A stretch of 61,476 nt of DNA, the filler included. It is 8 parts of 8 records of this genome, joined end to end, with 100 filler letters (N's around TTAATTAATTAA, not from the genome) between each part and the next. Parts side by side here need not be neighbours in the genome. Positions count along the whole stretch, not along the records: positions 44,688 to 55,285 come from SRR31156797_28012; positions 55,386 to 61,476 come from SRR31156797_28093; 6 more parts are not named here. One strand, 5' to 3'. The stretch's first letter is position 1. Each line of letters opens with the position of its first letter. This document shows, one piece after another, positions 49,295 through 58,675 of the stretch. The position numbers were made by a program, and so were the translations under genes. Below the pieces are notes generated by a model, which ran no database searches, was not told the origin of the DNA, and saw only the letters and a list, made by a program, of their open reading frames with translations.

Positions 49295-52200
49295 TTATTT
49301 CTTGATCATTTGTTCAACAACAATTTTGTCACTGGATTTGATTTTCACAAAATAAATGCCGTTTTCAAGTTTGCTGATGTTGAATGTGCTCAGCATTCCG
49401 GTAAGTTCCGACTTAATCACAACCTGGCCCTGTGTATTGTAAATCGTTATCATGGCCGGGCTGTCCTGAACCGGGCAAACAATATTGAGTTCTGTGCTTG
49501 CAGGATTGGGATAAATTTCCAGTCCGTCAATTTCATTCACCTCAACGCCTGTTGGGCTGCCTTTGAAGGATTTTATACCTGAATAGCCATTTTCAACATA
49601 TTTACCATTGTGGTAGGGCATGTTTTCATCAAATTCCGGATAAACCCGTCGTTCATTGTTTTTGCCTTCAAGGATTTTAAATATAATGCTTTCCCCATCC
49701 AGCAGGCCATCAACTTCTTCGGTTGTATTATCATCACCATAAACGATCAGTCCAAGATTATCACGGATGTTCATCACCTGGCTCATGCCTACACAAACAC
49801 CGGCTTCATTAAAGGCACCGATAACGTCAGTTGTATTGAGTTCCTGAAGTGCATCGGTATAAACAGAAATGATTTGAGGCCTGCCTGAATTATAAGGGTC
49901 ATTCCAGCATGCTGTCGGGTTTTCGAAAGCCTTGAAGGGCATACGGGAAACTGTTTTTGGGGTATTCCCCTTATCGGCAAAAACAAACTCATGGCCTTCA
50001 TTGAGATAAACAAGATACCCAATGCCCGGGTAGAGGGTTTCAAGCGAATAAATGCCTCCTTCGGGCCAATATAATTCTGCGTTGTATAAATTATAAGCAA
50101 ATTTAACCGGAGCGCTGCTAAATAACGAGTTGGCTGAAACCGGTTCCATCGATAGGATTGGCAGGTAATGCAATCCGGCTTCCAGCTCAATTGAATTAGT
50201 GGTTTCAGGCTCACCAAACAAACAATTAAAGTTTATCTGGGTCATCTTTACCTTATAACCTTCATAGGTGTTCCAGTTGTGAAGTGTATTGAAATTTAGT
50301 GCCGGCCAGAAAACGCCGCTCTCTCCCAGCATTACAACCATTTCGCCAAGAGTTGGGTTGTGGATCATATGATCCATTAAAATTTCTAATTGGGCAACAG
50401 TCGGGACCATATATGAAGAAACAGCACCCCAACCTTCATGAAAGTCCATACATTGAGCTAAATCTAAATTTACGATTTCGATATACTCGTCTTTGTCATT
50501 ACTGATAGTCTCACCAAATTTATACACATCAAGCTCTACATCGTATTTTCCAGGATTCGCGTAATAAACCACCGGATTTTTGTCACTCGAATATTCAGGG
50601 TCACCCCCTTCGAAATACCAGGATGTATTGTAAAGCTGGAAGCCGTCCACTTCAGGATAAAAAGTAACATAATCACCAGGGTTGGCTGTTTCCTTATTGG
50701 CTATAAAATCTGCTTCCAGGTTGGTAAGCGCATATAACTCCCATCCTCCCTCAGGGTGGAGGTTCATGGCGTTGGCCGACCCCAGGTATAATTTATCCGG
50801 TGTGGAGGCCATGGTACGAATCCCATAGTTTCTCCTGTTACCCATGCCGTTGAGTGAAACAGGCATGGCAACATGGTCTGATCCGCCAATCCGGTATAAA
50901 TCTGCCCCTTCGAATGGAATGGGCAGGTGGAAGAGATAAAAGTCGTCGAGGCCCAGGTTAAATTTACCACCGGCAAAAGCCTGGTTGATAACTTCAAGGC
51001 CATAGGGAACCAGTTCAGGAATCAGATAACTCCAGTCCATCGTTCCGATAAACAGCTGGTCATCCCAAACCGACATGGTCCATGTATAATTGTTAAACTG
51101 GCTTCCGATTCCCGAAGGGCCATATAAAGGTTTGTATCCCGATGCATTGGGAACTTTCGACCAACCAGAATATGGGTTGTATGCCGGCAATTTTTCTTCA
51201 CCGTACAATAACTCAATTACTTCGTTAGGTTCACCCAGGTTGTCTGCCCTGAAAATGCTTATGGCTCGGTGGCAATTGATCACAGCGTTGATTACGTCAA
51301 GTTCAGTCGGTTCAATCTGTAGCTGTTCAAAATAAGTTTGCAGGTGTGCAAATGCAGCCATAAACGGCACATGCATGCTACCCCAGTAAAGTTTACCATC
51401 GAAAGACTGAATAGCTCCGCCGGCCATCATGCGGGCCATCACGGGATCCACCTCATAGTCGGTTGATTTCCATAATTCCTTCCATCCAAAACGATCATCA
51501 AATGTCAGGCCTCCCGACCCGATAACCGGGCTGTACCAAACGCTTGGTAATCCACCGGTAGGACTTCCCAGTTCGCCTCCACCGGGCCAGCATGATGTTA
51601 CAAGCCTGCCTTCGTGAATGGTGAATTCGGCTGGAGCAGCATCAATGATACCAACCACTTCATACTGGAACGGATCATTTAAGTCGCCGGTCCATTTGAT
51701 GATATAGCCATACATTTCGCCTGAAATTCCGGTATATGATTCTCCTTCATAGGTAATCCATTTTCTGATGTTGTTGATTGGATCACCAAGTATTTCAAGT
51801 TGCTGATGCGATCCCAAAAATTCGCCGGTTTCGTTATTAAAAGCAAAGAAATTTACACCAAAATGATCCACAGCAAAGTTTGGCCCGGCAAGAATAACCA
51901 AATCACCTATTGTTCCTGCAGATCGCAGTCCAAGGGTGCTTTGCAATAATGGAGCATCTTCAAATGCCGGCGTGAATTCCATGCGGGTTTCGGTTTCTTC
52001 GTCCCATTTAAAAACCCGGGCCGGGCGCCAGTCGCCAAGGATATCAGGCCAGGGTGGGCTGAACTGGCTAAGTCCGAATTCCGCAACAAGCGATGGCCCC
52101 TGGGTAGGTATGGGCATCTGTAAATAGGCTCCCATAACAAGTTGCAATACATTTGGTCCTGTTCCAAACCAGGCAGCATCTTCTGCTGCAGTCATTCCCC

Positions 52201-54127
52201 ACACGTATGACTGGTTATGTTTTGCAATGGTTGAATCGGTAGAGTAATGCGAAATGGACGGGTCAAATTTATTGCGTGGATCACCAATTCCGTAAAAGGT
52301 TTCATCGGGTTCGTTTTTAGTCATCAGATCGATGTTAAACTCTTTTAAATCAAAGATGAGTGTATCCTGCTCTGCTTCGATGAGTTCCCATCCGCCTTCA
52401 TCGCATATGTTCATTGGGTTGGCTGTGCCCATGTATAAATGATCGTCATTACTTGTCATGGTCCGGATGCCATAATTCAGATAATTGCCTAAACCTGAAA
52501 TATCAACTGGTATAGCGAAAGTTGATGAATTTGGCACACGGAAAAGATCTGCACCAAAAAAGAATCCAGGTAATTCATAATTCCCAAAGGTTTTCGTATC
52601 ATCATTACCGGATTTCAATGGAAAAGAAAAGGCCTGTCCGATTAAATCCGGAACAACTGTGGCCGCAATATAACTCATGTCCATGGTTCCTATAAATAGT
52701 TCATTCTTATAGGTTTCCATAGTCCAGGTATAATTGTTAAACAAGTTCCACATGCCTGAAGGGCCATACTTCGGTAACTGACCCATGTTGTTTTCAACCA
52801 TGGTCCAACCATACCCCGGAGCATACGCCGGGAGATATTTGTGTCCGTATAATAGATCAACCTCATCATTTTTGTTTTCTCCAAAATCTGCTACCCTGAA
52901 TAGGCTGGTTGCCCTGTAGCCACCCAATACACCAAGTATGGAGTCCTGGAGTGTTTGTGGGGGATAAGTCTGGAAGTGGCCTAAAATGGATGTGAATGGC
53001 ACATGCATGGTTCCCCAGTATAAATAGCCGTCAAAGGATTTTAAGGCGCCGCCACCATATGTTCCGGCAATAATCGGGTCTGGTTCATATTCAATGACTG
53101 ACCAAACTTTTTCCCAACCCTGAGCATGGCTGTTGTCCAGTCCTTCTGCCGGTATATTGGGGCTCATCCAAATACTGGCAAAATCATATTCCTTTTGTTG
53201 TTTGCTTGCCAGCGATGGCCAGGTAGTTACAAACAGCTTATTGTTGTGAACTTCAATTTCTGCAGCCTGGCTTTCGATCAGGCCAACGGTTTCAAACTGG
53301 AAAGGATCGCTAATGTCACCGGTCCATTTCAAAATGGCCCCACCTTCGGTTGTTCCAATGCCCAGATACATTACCCCATCAACCACCTTCCATTTGCGGA
53401 TATTGTTTGGTACTGCCGATGCCGATCCAGGGAGTAACGCCAGTGTGTACGATCCAAGGTAGTCATTTGATGCTGCATCAAAGGCAAACATATTGATTCC
53501 ACCCATAAATCCCTGTCCGGCAACAATAACCACTCCATCATGACTTCCTGCAGAACGTAAACCATTAGTAGTTTGTATTAAGGGGTCTATCGGAGTAAGT
53601 TCAGTCTGAGTACCTGATTCTGTATTGTAGCTAAAAATTTGCGATGGCCTCCAGTCTCCAAATGCATCAGGCAAAGGCGGACTGAATTGACTCTGGCCAA
53701 ATTCGCATGTATAACAATCTTTTTGGAAAGGACCTGTTAAACCGGTGTATCCACCTAAAATGATGCAAAGAATGTTTGGTCCTGTACCAAAAAATATATT
53801 TTCTTCATCTTGTGTCATTCCCCACACATAAGCCTGGTTTGTTTTGGCTATGCCATCCGGGCTTGTTGGGTGTTGTTTGGTTGGATCAAAATCATTTCTG
53901 GGATCTCCTATCCCAAAATACGTTTCATCGGGTTCAGCTTTGGCAATCCGTTCGTGCCGCAAAACATGCAATTCTGCACTTTTTGGCTGATCCTGGTTGT
54001 ATTGCTCTTCCCAGTAGCTGCGGAGTTCATCTGCCGTTAAAGCAGATTTGTTTTGTGCTGACAGCGGAACAGAAACGATTCCGTAAAGTATTGTCAGCAA
54101 GAAAGATAATCGTAACATTTTTTTCAT
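49295..54127 (-). CDS. 1610-aa secreted protein: two tandem ~540-aa propeller-like domains, PKD domain, type A T9SS sorting domain
   Basis: Signal peptide; internal duplication; PKD (ADF.A, W.FEGG.P..S..NP.V.Y..PGKYDV.L); CTD IYPNPA..IYN..GQ..L..GIYFVKI. Confidence 0.88.
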   Translation of the reverse strand: MKKMLRLSFLLTILYGIVSVPLSAQNKSALTADELRSYWEEQYNQDQPKSAELHVLRHERIAKAEPDETYFGIGDPRNDFDPTKQHPTSPDGIAKTNQAYVWGMTQDEENIFFGTGPNILCIILGGYTGLTGPFQKDCYTCEFGQSQFSPPLPDAFGDWRPSQIFSYNTESGTQTELTPIDPLIQTTNGLRSAGSHDGVVIVAGQGFMGGINMFAFDAASNDYLGSYTLALLPGSASAVPNNIRKWKVVDGVMYLGIGTTEGGAILKWTGDISDPFQFETVGLIESQAAEIEVHNNKLFVTTWPSLASKQQKEYDFASIWMSPNIPAEGLDNSHAQGWEKVWSVIEYEPDPIIAGTYGGGALKSFDGYLYWGTMHVPFTSILGHFQTYPPQTLQDSILGVLGGYRATSLFRVADFGENKNDEVDLLYGHKYLPAYAPGYGWTMVENNMGQLPKYGPSGMWNLFNNYTWTMETYKNELFIGTMDMSYIAATVVPDLIGQAFSFPLKSGNDDTKTFGNYELPGFFFGADLFRVPNSSTFAIPVDISGLGNYLNYGIRTMTSNDDHLYMGTANPMNICDEGGWELIEAEQDTLIFDLKEFNIDLMTKNEPDETFYGIGDPRNKFDPSISHYSTDSTIAKHNQSYVWGMTAAEDAAWFGTGPNVLQLVMGAYLQMPIPTQGPSLVAEFGLSQFSPPWPDILGDWRPARVFKWDEETETRMEFTPAFEDAPLLQSTLGLRSAGTIGDLVILAGPNFAVDHFGVNFFAFNNETGEFLGSHQQLEILGDPINNIRKWITYEGESYTGISGEMYGYIIKWTGDLNDPFQYEVVGIIDAAPAEFTIHEGRLVTSCWPGGGELGSPTGGLPSVWYSPVIGSGGLTFDDRFGWKELWKSTDYEVDPVMARMMAGGAIQSFDGKLYWGSMHVPFMAAFAHLQTYFEQLQIEPTELDVINAVINCHRAISIFRADNLGEPNEVIELLYGEEKLPAYNPYSGWSKVPNASGYKPLYGPSGIGSQFNNYTWTMSVWDDQLFIGTMDWSYLIPELVPYGLEVINQAFAGGKFNLGLDDFYLFHLPIPFEGADLYRIGGSDHVAMPVSLNGMGNRRNYGIRTMASTPDKLYLGSANAMNLHPEGGWELYALTNLEADFIANKETANPGDYVTFYPEVDGFQLYNTSWYFEGGDPEYSSDKNPVVYYANPGKYDVELDVYKFGETISNDKDEYIEIVNLDLAQCMDFHEGWGAVSSYMVPTVAQLEILMDHMIHNPTLGEMVVMLGESGVFWPALNFNTLHNWNTYEGYKVKMTQINFNCLFGEPETTNSIELEAGLHYLPILSMEPVSANSLFSSAPVKFAYNLYNAELYWPEGGIYSLETLYPGIGYLVYLNEGHEFVFADKGNTPKTVSRMPFKAFENPTACWNDPYNSGRPQIISVYTDALQELNTTDVIGAFNEAGVCVGMSQVMNIRDNLGLIVYGDDNTTEEVDGLLDGESIIFKILEGKNNERRVYPEFDENMPYHNGKYVENGYSGIKSFKGSPTGVEVNEIDGLEIYPNPASTELNIVCPVQDSPAMITIYNTQGQVVIKSELTGMLSTFNISKLENGIYFVKIKSSDKIVVEQMIKK

Positions 54128-54684
54128 AGTGCTGCATTTTTGTATATTAGTTAATCATTCCATTCACCATAATTAAATAGGTGTGTTCATTCATTTGCCT
54201 CCGGGGAAGCCCTATTTTGTTTAAGGGGATAAATACTGATCAAGAGAAACGGATAAAATACTTTTCTGTTTCTTTTCAATTGCTGGCAAAATTCATCAAT
54301 CATTTTTGATTGTCATTCCATTTGTTTATTGCCACTGGTTTTGATGGCACTAAAATAGTATTTTTCGATTCTAAACCAAAAAAATTATAAGAATATTAGG
54401 GGCGGCTACAACTTTATAAGTCTTATACCTGCATATGATGCATATGATGATATTATTTTTATAATCGAATTTCAATATGTGATTTGATAATGTCTTCTAC
54501 ATACTGATTTTATTTGATTTTATTGGGATTATCCAAAGATATAAATTTTTCACGGGAACATCTGGAGCTATCAGCTAAATTTCATCTACTCCGGTTAAAT
54601 CGCAAAGCATAAACTAAATGTTAAAATATGTTAACAAAACTCTATTTTATCAGTGTATGGATGATACATGAATCAAAACATGTC

Positions 54685-54692
54685 TATATTTG
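54685..54692 (+). promoter_or_regulatory. Bacteroidota -7 promoter element
   Basis: TATATTTG matches TAnnTTTG in the long AT-rich divergent gap. Confidence 0.4.
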
Positions 54693-54853
54693 ATGACATA
54701 AAATAGGCAAATACCGGATTTAAACAAAACCAAGAAACCATTTTCCTTGAGGTGAATTAACCATTACACACTTTAGCACTACGTTTTGCCCACCCCCTTA
54801 AACAATAACTGAACGGTTTGAGATTAACATAAATAACTTAAAATTAGTGGTTT

Positions 54854-55078
54854 ATGAAAATGAAAAAATTTTACAAGTTGAGTTTCTTGTTCCTGATGTT
54901 GCTTGGTTTTACATCCATGGGTGTCGGGCAAACAACAGCAGATGCCGGTGGTGATAAAACCATTTGCCAATCAGAATATTCGTATACCCTTTTGGATGCT
55001 TCGGCTGATTATGATGTGGTAACATGGGTGGCCACCGGTTCAGGCAGTTGTGAAGACAACCATGAAAGGGAAGCCTGA
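54854..55078 (+). pseudogene. Truncated N-terminus of a surface/adhesin-type protein
   Basis: Signal peptide plus ADAGGDKTICQ..YTL..A...VTW...GSG, the start of an Ig-like repeat, ending after 74 aa. Confidence 0.55.
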
Positions 55079-55200
55079 ATGTTGCCTGTATCATCAGAAT
55101 CATTAACTGGTGATATGATTGTAGAAAGGAGTATTGCAAAGGAAGGGCTTCCGCTTATTAAAGAATAATCTTAATAATTTAATTTCAACTAATAAATTTA

Positions 55201-55285
55201 ATGAACATGAAAAAGAAAATTTTTACATTATTGGCTCTTTTCGCATTTGCTTTTGCAGTGAATGCACAGGTAGGTGTGGGTATAG
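55201..55285 (+). CDS. Exported protein N-terminus, truncated
   Basis: MNMKKKIFTLLALFAFAFAVNA-QVGVGI, a Bacteroidota-type signal peptide cleaved before Gln. Confidence 0.65.
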
Positions 55286-55385
55286 NNNNNNNNNNNNNNN
55301 NNNNNNNNNNNNNNNNNNNNNNNNNNNNNTTAATTAATTAANNNNNNNNNNNNNNNNNNNNNNNNNNNNNNNNNNNNNNNNNNNN
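55286..55385. other. Artificial contig spacer
   Basis: Same 100-nt spacer. Confidence 0.98.
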
Positions 55386-56154
55386 AGTTCTTCCAGGAAA
55401 TATTGATGGTGTTGCATTTTGGACACATAAATATTTGACATACGGCGGTTTAATTTGCGGCGATGAGGTTAAAGCAACGGTGATTATCGAATTGTTTGAT
55501 TTGTTAAACGCTGCATTAAAAGAACTGGGAGTAACAGAGGTGTTTTATAAACCAGTGCCCTATATTTATCACACTCAACCATCTCAGGAGGAATTGTATG
55601 CAATGTTTAGGTTAAAAGCAGTAAAAATAGGTTGTCAATTATCATCGGCTATTTATAGTGTTGCTAAAGTAAAATATAGTAAATCCCGAATTGATGGAAT
55701 TAAAAAAGCAAGGAAATCGAAAATATCGGTGAAAGAATCAGAAGATTTTACTCATTTTTGGGAGATTCTTAGCACTAATCTTAAAGAAAAGTACAATACC
55801 AAACCGGTTCATACGCTTAGTGAAATAGAATATCTAAAAAATAAATTCCCGGATAATATTAAATTGTTTGAGGCTATTTATGACGGTAGATGCTGTGCTG
55901 GTGTCGTGGTCTATCAATACAAAAGAGTGCACCACATGCAATATATTGCAACATCGGAGACAGGGAAAATGACAGGTGCGCTTGATATTCTTTTTGATGA
56001 ATTAATTAATGTAAGCGAAGGTTCTTATTCTGTTTTTGATTTTGGGTATTCAACTGAGAAAATGGGAGAGTTATTAAACGAGAATCTTATTTTCCAAAAA
56101 GAAGGATTTGGCGCTCGTGGGGTCGTTTATGAGGTTTATAAATACACAACTTGA
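55386..56154 (+). CDS. GNAT/FemAB-like acyltransferase of the type found in polysaccharide loci, 5'-truncated
   Basis: H..LTYGG, YKPVPYIYH..P.QEELYA, KPVHTL.EI..L..KFP.NI, HMQYIA, FDFG.STE, FQKEGFGARG. Confidence 0.78.
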
Positions 56155-56166
56155 AAGGTAAAAACA

Positions 56167-56832
56167 TCAAGGTTTTATTTTGTGCCGATCAATAGGTAAA
56201 ACAGAGCCTACCGCTGCTTTATAGATGGAAGAGGCTGGTAAGTCTTTTAAAAGTACGGCACCTGCACCAACAATTGAGTCGTCACCAATTTTTATCTTAT
56301 CGCGTATAGTGGCATTTGTTCCAATAAAACAATGTTTGCCAACTGTAACATTTCCGGAGAAAGCTACACGCGGGGCTATATAGGTATAAGTTCCAATGTG
56401 TGTTTCATGGCTAATATAAGCAGCACTTCTTACAAATACACCATTATCAATTGTTGCCAAAGGTTCTATTATTGCTGAATTACAGATGATACAATTTTCT
56501 CCAATTTTTGCTGATGATGCAACAATAGCGTTAGGATCGATAAAGGTGTATAGTTCATATCCTTTTTGCTTGGCGTGCTTAAATTTGGTTTCAACAATAT
56601 GTTTTTGCCCGGAGCCTGCAGAAAGCACATTTAGCATCATGTACTCACCTGGTGGATAATAATTCTGAACCGATTCAAAAGCTACAAGTGGAAGTCCATT
56701 AAATTCTTTCTTTTCTGTAAGATATTCCTCGTCAACAGTATAAGCACAAACTTCGTCTTTCCCTGCATCCCGGATATATTCCGCAATAACTTTCGACATT
56801 CCGGTTATTCCGAAAATTACAATCTTTCTCAT
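56167..56832 (-). CDS. NeuD/PglD-like sugar acyltransferase (left-handed beta-helix)
   Basis: N-terminal KIVIFG Rossmann-like domain, hexapeptide repeats, ISHE catalytic His, VGAGAV. Confidence 0.85.
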   Translation of the reverse strand: MRKIVIFGITGMSKVIAEYIRDAGKDEVCAYTVDEEYLTEKKEFNGLPLVAFESVQNYYPPGEYMMLNVLSAGSGQKHIVETKFKHAKQKGYELYTFIDPNAIVASSAKIGENCIICNSAIIEPLATIDNGVFVRSAAYISHETHIGTYTYIAPRVAFSGNVTVGKHCFIGTNATIRDKIKIGDDSIVGAGAVLLKDLPASSIYKAAVGSVLPIDRHKIKP

Positions 56833-57674
56833 AATTCAATTTTTAGCATGCTTCTCACTTGTTCCGGAGTAAATGGTTCTTTCCCTAACAACTTGCTAAT
56901 AGCGGTAATTCTTTCCAATAATTCAGAGTTGTTGCTTATTTGCGTTTTCTGTTCGTCAAAATAAATATTGTCTTCAAGTCCAACGCGTATTCCGCCACCA
57001 TTTATAAGAGCCGAAACATTTGCTTTAAGTTGATTCGATCCAATACCTCCAAAAGCCCAATACGAATCTTCGGGAAGTTGCGAAAGCATCAATCCTTTTT
57101 CAATTAACGAGGATTGACTGTTGGCAATATTTCCAAATATCAGGTTAAAATAGAAAGGAGGTTGTAAGAGCCCCTTGTTATTTAAATAGTGGGCATAATT
57201 TATCATGCCCTGATCAAAAGCTTCCAGTTCTGGTTTAATTCCTAAATCCAGCATTTTAGCGGCTAGCTTTTGGATCATTTCAGGGCTGTTGGTACTTGCC
57301 GAACCCGGAAAGTTTAAAGAGCTCAATGTTAAACTGGCCATATCGGGTTTACTCATTCCGGTCAGGTCAAGTCCTTCGGAGCGTCTTTCAAATTCGGGCC
57401 AATTACGGCCTGATGTTGACACACAGATAATTAATGAGTTATTGGTATAACCATCAACAGCACGTATGCCATCAATTATTTCTTTATAAATCTCTTTCTT
57501 CCAGCTTGGTTTGCCATATTCGTCGCGGGCATGTAAATGTACAATAGAAATGCCGTATTTTCGGGCAGCCAGCACTTCATCAATAATTTCTTTAGGAGAA
57601 ACAGGAACGTTTACATTCATATCCTTTGTTGGAATCATTCCTGTAGGCGTAAAATTAATTATGTACTTGCTCAT
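56829..57674 (-). CDS. 3-keto-5-aminohexanoate cleavage enzyme family (Kce/BKACE, DUF849)
   Basis: INFTPTG, VPVSP.EI, VHLHARD, STSGR, PDMASL..SLNF, KPELEAFD, RVGLEDN. Confidence 0.9.
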   Translation of the reverse strand: MSKYIINFTPTGMIPTKDMNVNVPVSPKEIIDEVLAARKYGISIVHLHARDEYGKPSWKKEIYKEIIDGIRAVDGYTNNSLIICVSTSGRNWPEFERRSEGLDLTGMSKPDMASLTLSSLNFPGSASTNSPEMIQKLAAKMLDLGIKPELEAFDQGMINYAHYLNNKGLLQPPFYFNLIFGNIANSQSSLIEKGLMLSQLPEDSYWAFGGIGSNQLKANVSALINGGGIRVGLEDNIYFDEQKTQISNNSELLERITAISKLLGKEPFTPEQVRSMLKIEL

Positions 57675-57849
57675 TAATTAAGGTAAAAATCGAATTTGAG
57701 CAATTATACTAAAATTAAATGGATAAACTAAATGATTTAAATGCATATTTAAAATCAATCCAAATTAGTACTACAGCTAATCCTTTTATCGTAAAAAACG
57801 TTGTACCTTTAGAAAAATCAAAAATTATTAATCTTAAAACGATAAAGTT

Positions 57850-58431
57850 ATGGCATTTAATTTACCAAAACTTCCGTATGCTCCGGATGCCTTGGAGCCT
57901 TATATTAGTGAGAAAACGTTGGAGTATCACTATGGAAAACATCACCAGGCGTATGTAAATAATGTAAATAATCTGATTGAAGGCACTGAGTTTGAAAATG
58001 CCTCGCTTGAAGAAATTATTGAAAATGCTACCGGTGGAATTTTCAACAATGGTGCGCAGGTTTGGAACCACACTTTTTATTTTATGCAGTTTAATCCTGA
58101 TGGATGCCACGAACCCAAAGATGAACTAAAAGAGGCTATCAATGCCAAATTCGGTTCGTATGAGGCTTTCAAAGAAGCCTTCTCAAAAGCAGCAGCAACT
58201 TTGTTTGGATCCGGTTGGGCATGGTTAGTGGTTGATGAGGCTGGAGAACTGGAAATTATACAAACCAGTAATGCAGCCAATCCATTACGCGAAGGTAAAA
58301 ATCCATTAATGACCTGCGATGTATGGGAGCATGCTTATTATATTGATAAAAAAAATGCACGTCCGGCTTACATTGAGGATTTCTGGAAAATTTTGGATTG
58401 GAAAGTTATTGCAGATCGTTTTGTTGGATAA
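57850..58431 (+). CDS. sodB: Fe/Mn superoxide dismutase (Fe-type or cambialistic signature)
   Basis: HYGKHH, FNNGAQVWNH, FGSGWAWL, DVWEHAYY. Confidence 0.93.
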   Translation: MAFNLPKLPYAPDALEPYISEKTLEYHYGKHHQAYVNNVNNLIEGTEFENASLEEIIENATGGIFNNGAQVWNHTFYFMQFNPDGCHEPKDELKEAINAKFGSYEAFKEAFSKAAATLFGSGWAWLVVDEAGELEIIQTSNAANPLREGKNPLMTCDVWEHAYYIDKKNARPAYIEDFWKILDWKVIADRFVG

Positions 58432-58445
58432 GAAAGAATTGATTT

Positions 58446-58619
58446 ATGAGTACAGAAAAAGTATTAGCAGCAATGCAGGCTGCAGGAAAACCAATGAAGG
58501 CAGGAGAAATTGCTGAAGCTGCCGGAATGGAAAAAAAAGAAGTGGATAAAGCAATGAAGGTTTTAAAGGCTGAAGAAAAAATTGTGTCTCCAAAACGTTG
58601 TTTTTGGGAACCAAAATAA
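58446..58619 (+). CDS. 57-aa winged helix-turn-helix protein (not in ORF track)
   Basis: [57 protein letters not shown], 14 nt after the SOD stop. Confidence 0.82.
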   Translation: MSTEKVLAAMQAAGKPMKAGEIAEAAGMEKKEVDKAMKVLKAEEKIVSPKRCFWEPK

Positions 58620-58634
58620 GGTCTGTAAAAGGAA

Positions 58635-58672
58635 AAGTAAGGGCCTGACTGCATGTTCGGCCCTTATTTTAT
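58635..58672. terminator. Bidirectional terminator between the wHTH gene and xylE
   Basis: TAAGGGCC/GGCCCTTA stem with A- and T-rich flanks. Confidence 0.65.
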
Positions 58673-58675
58673 TTA

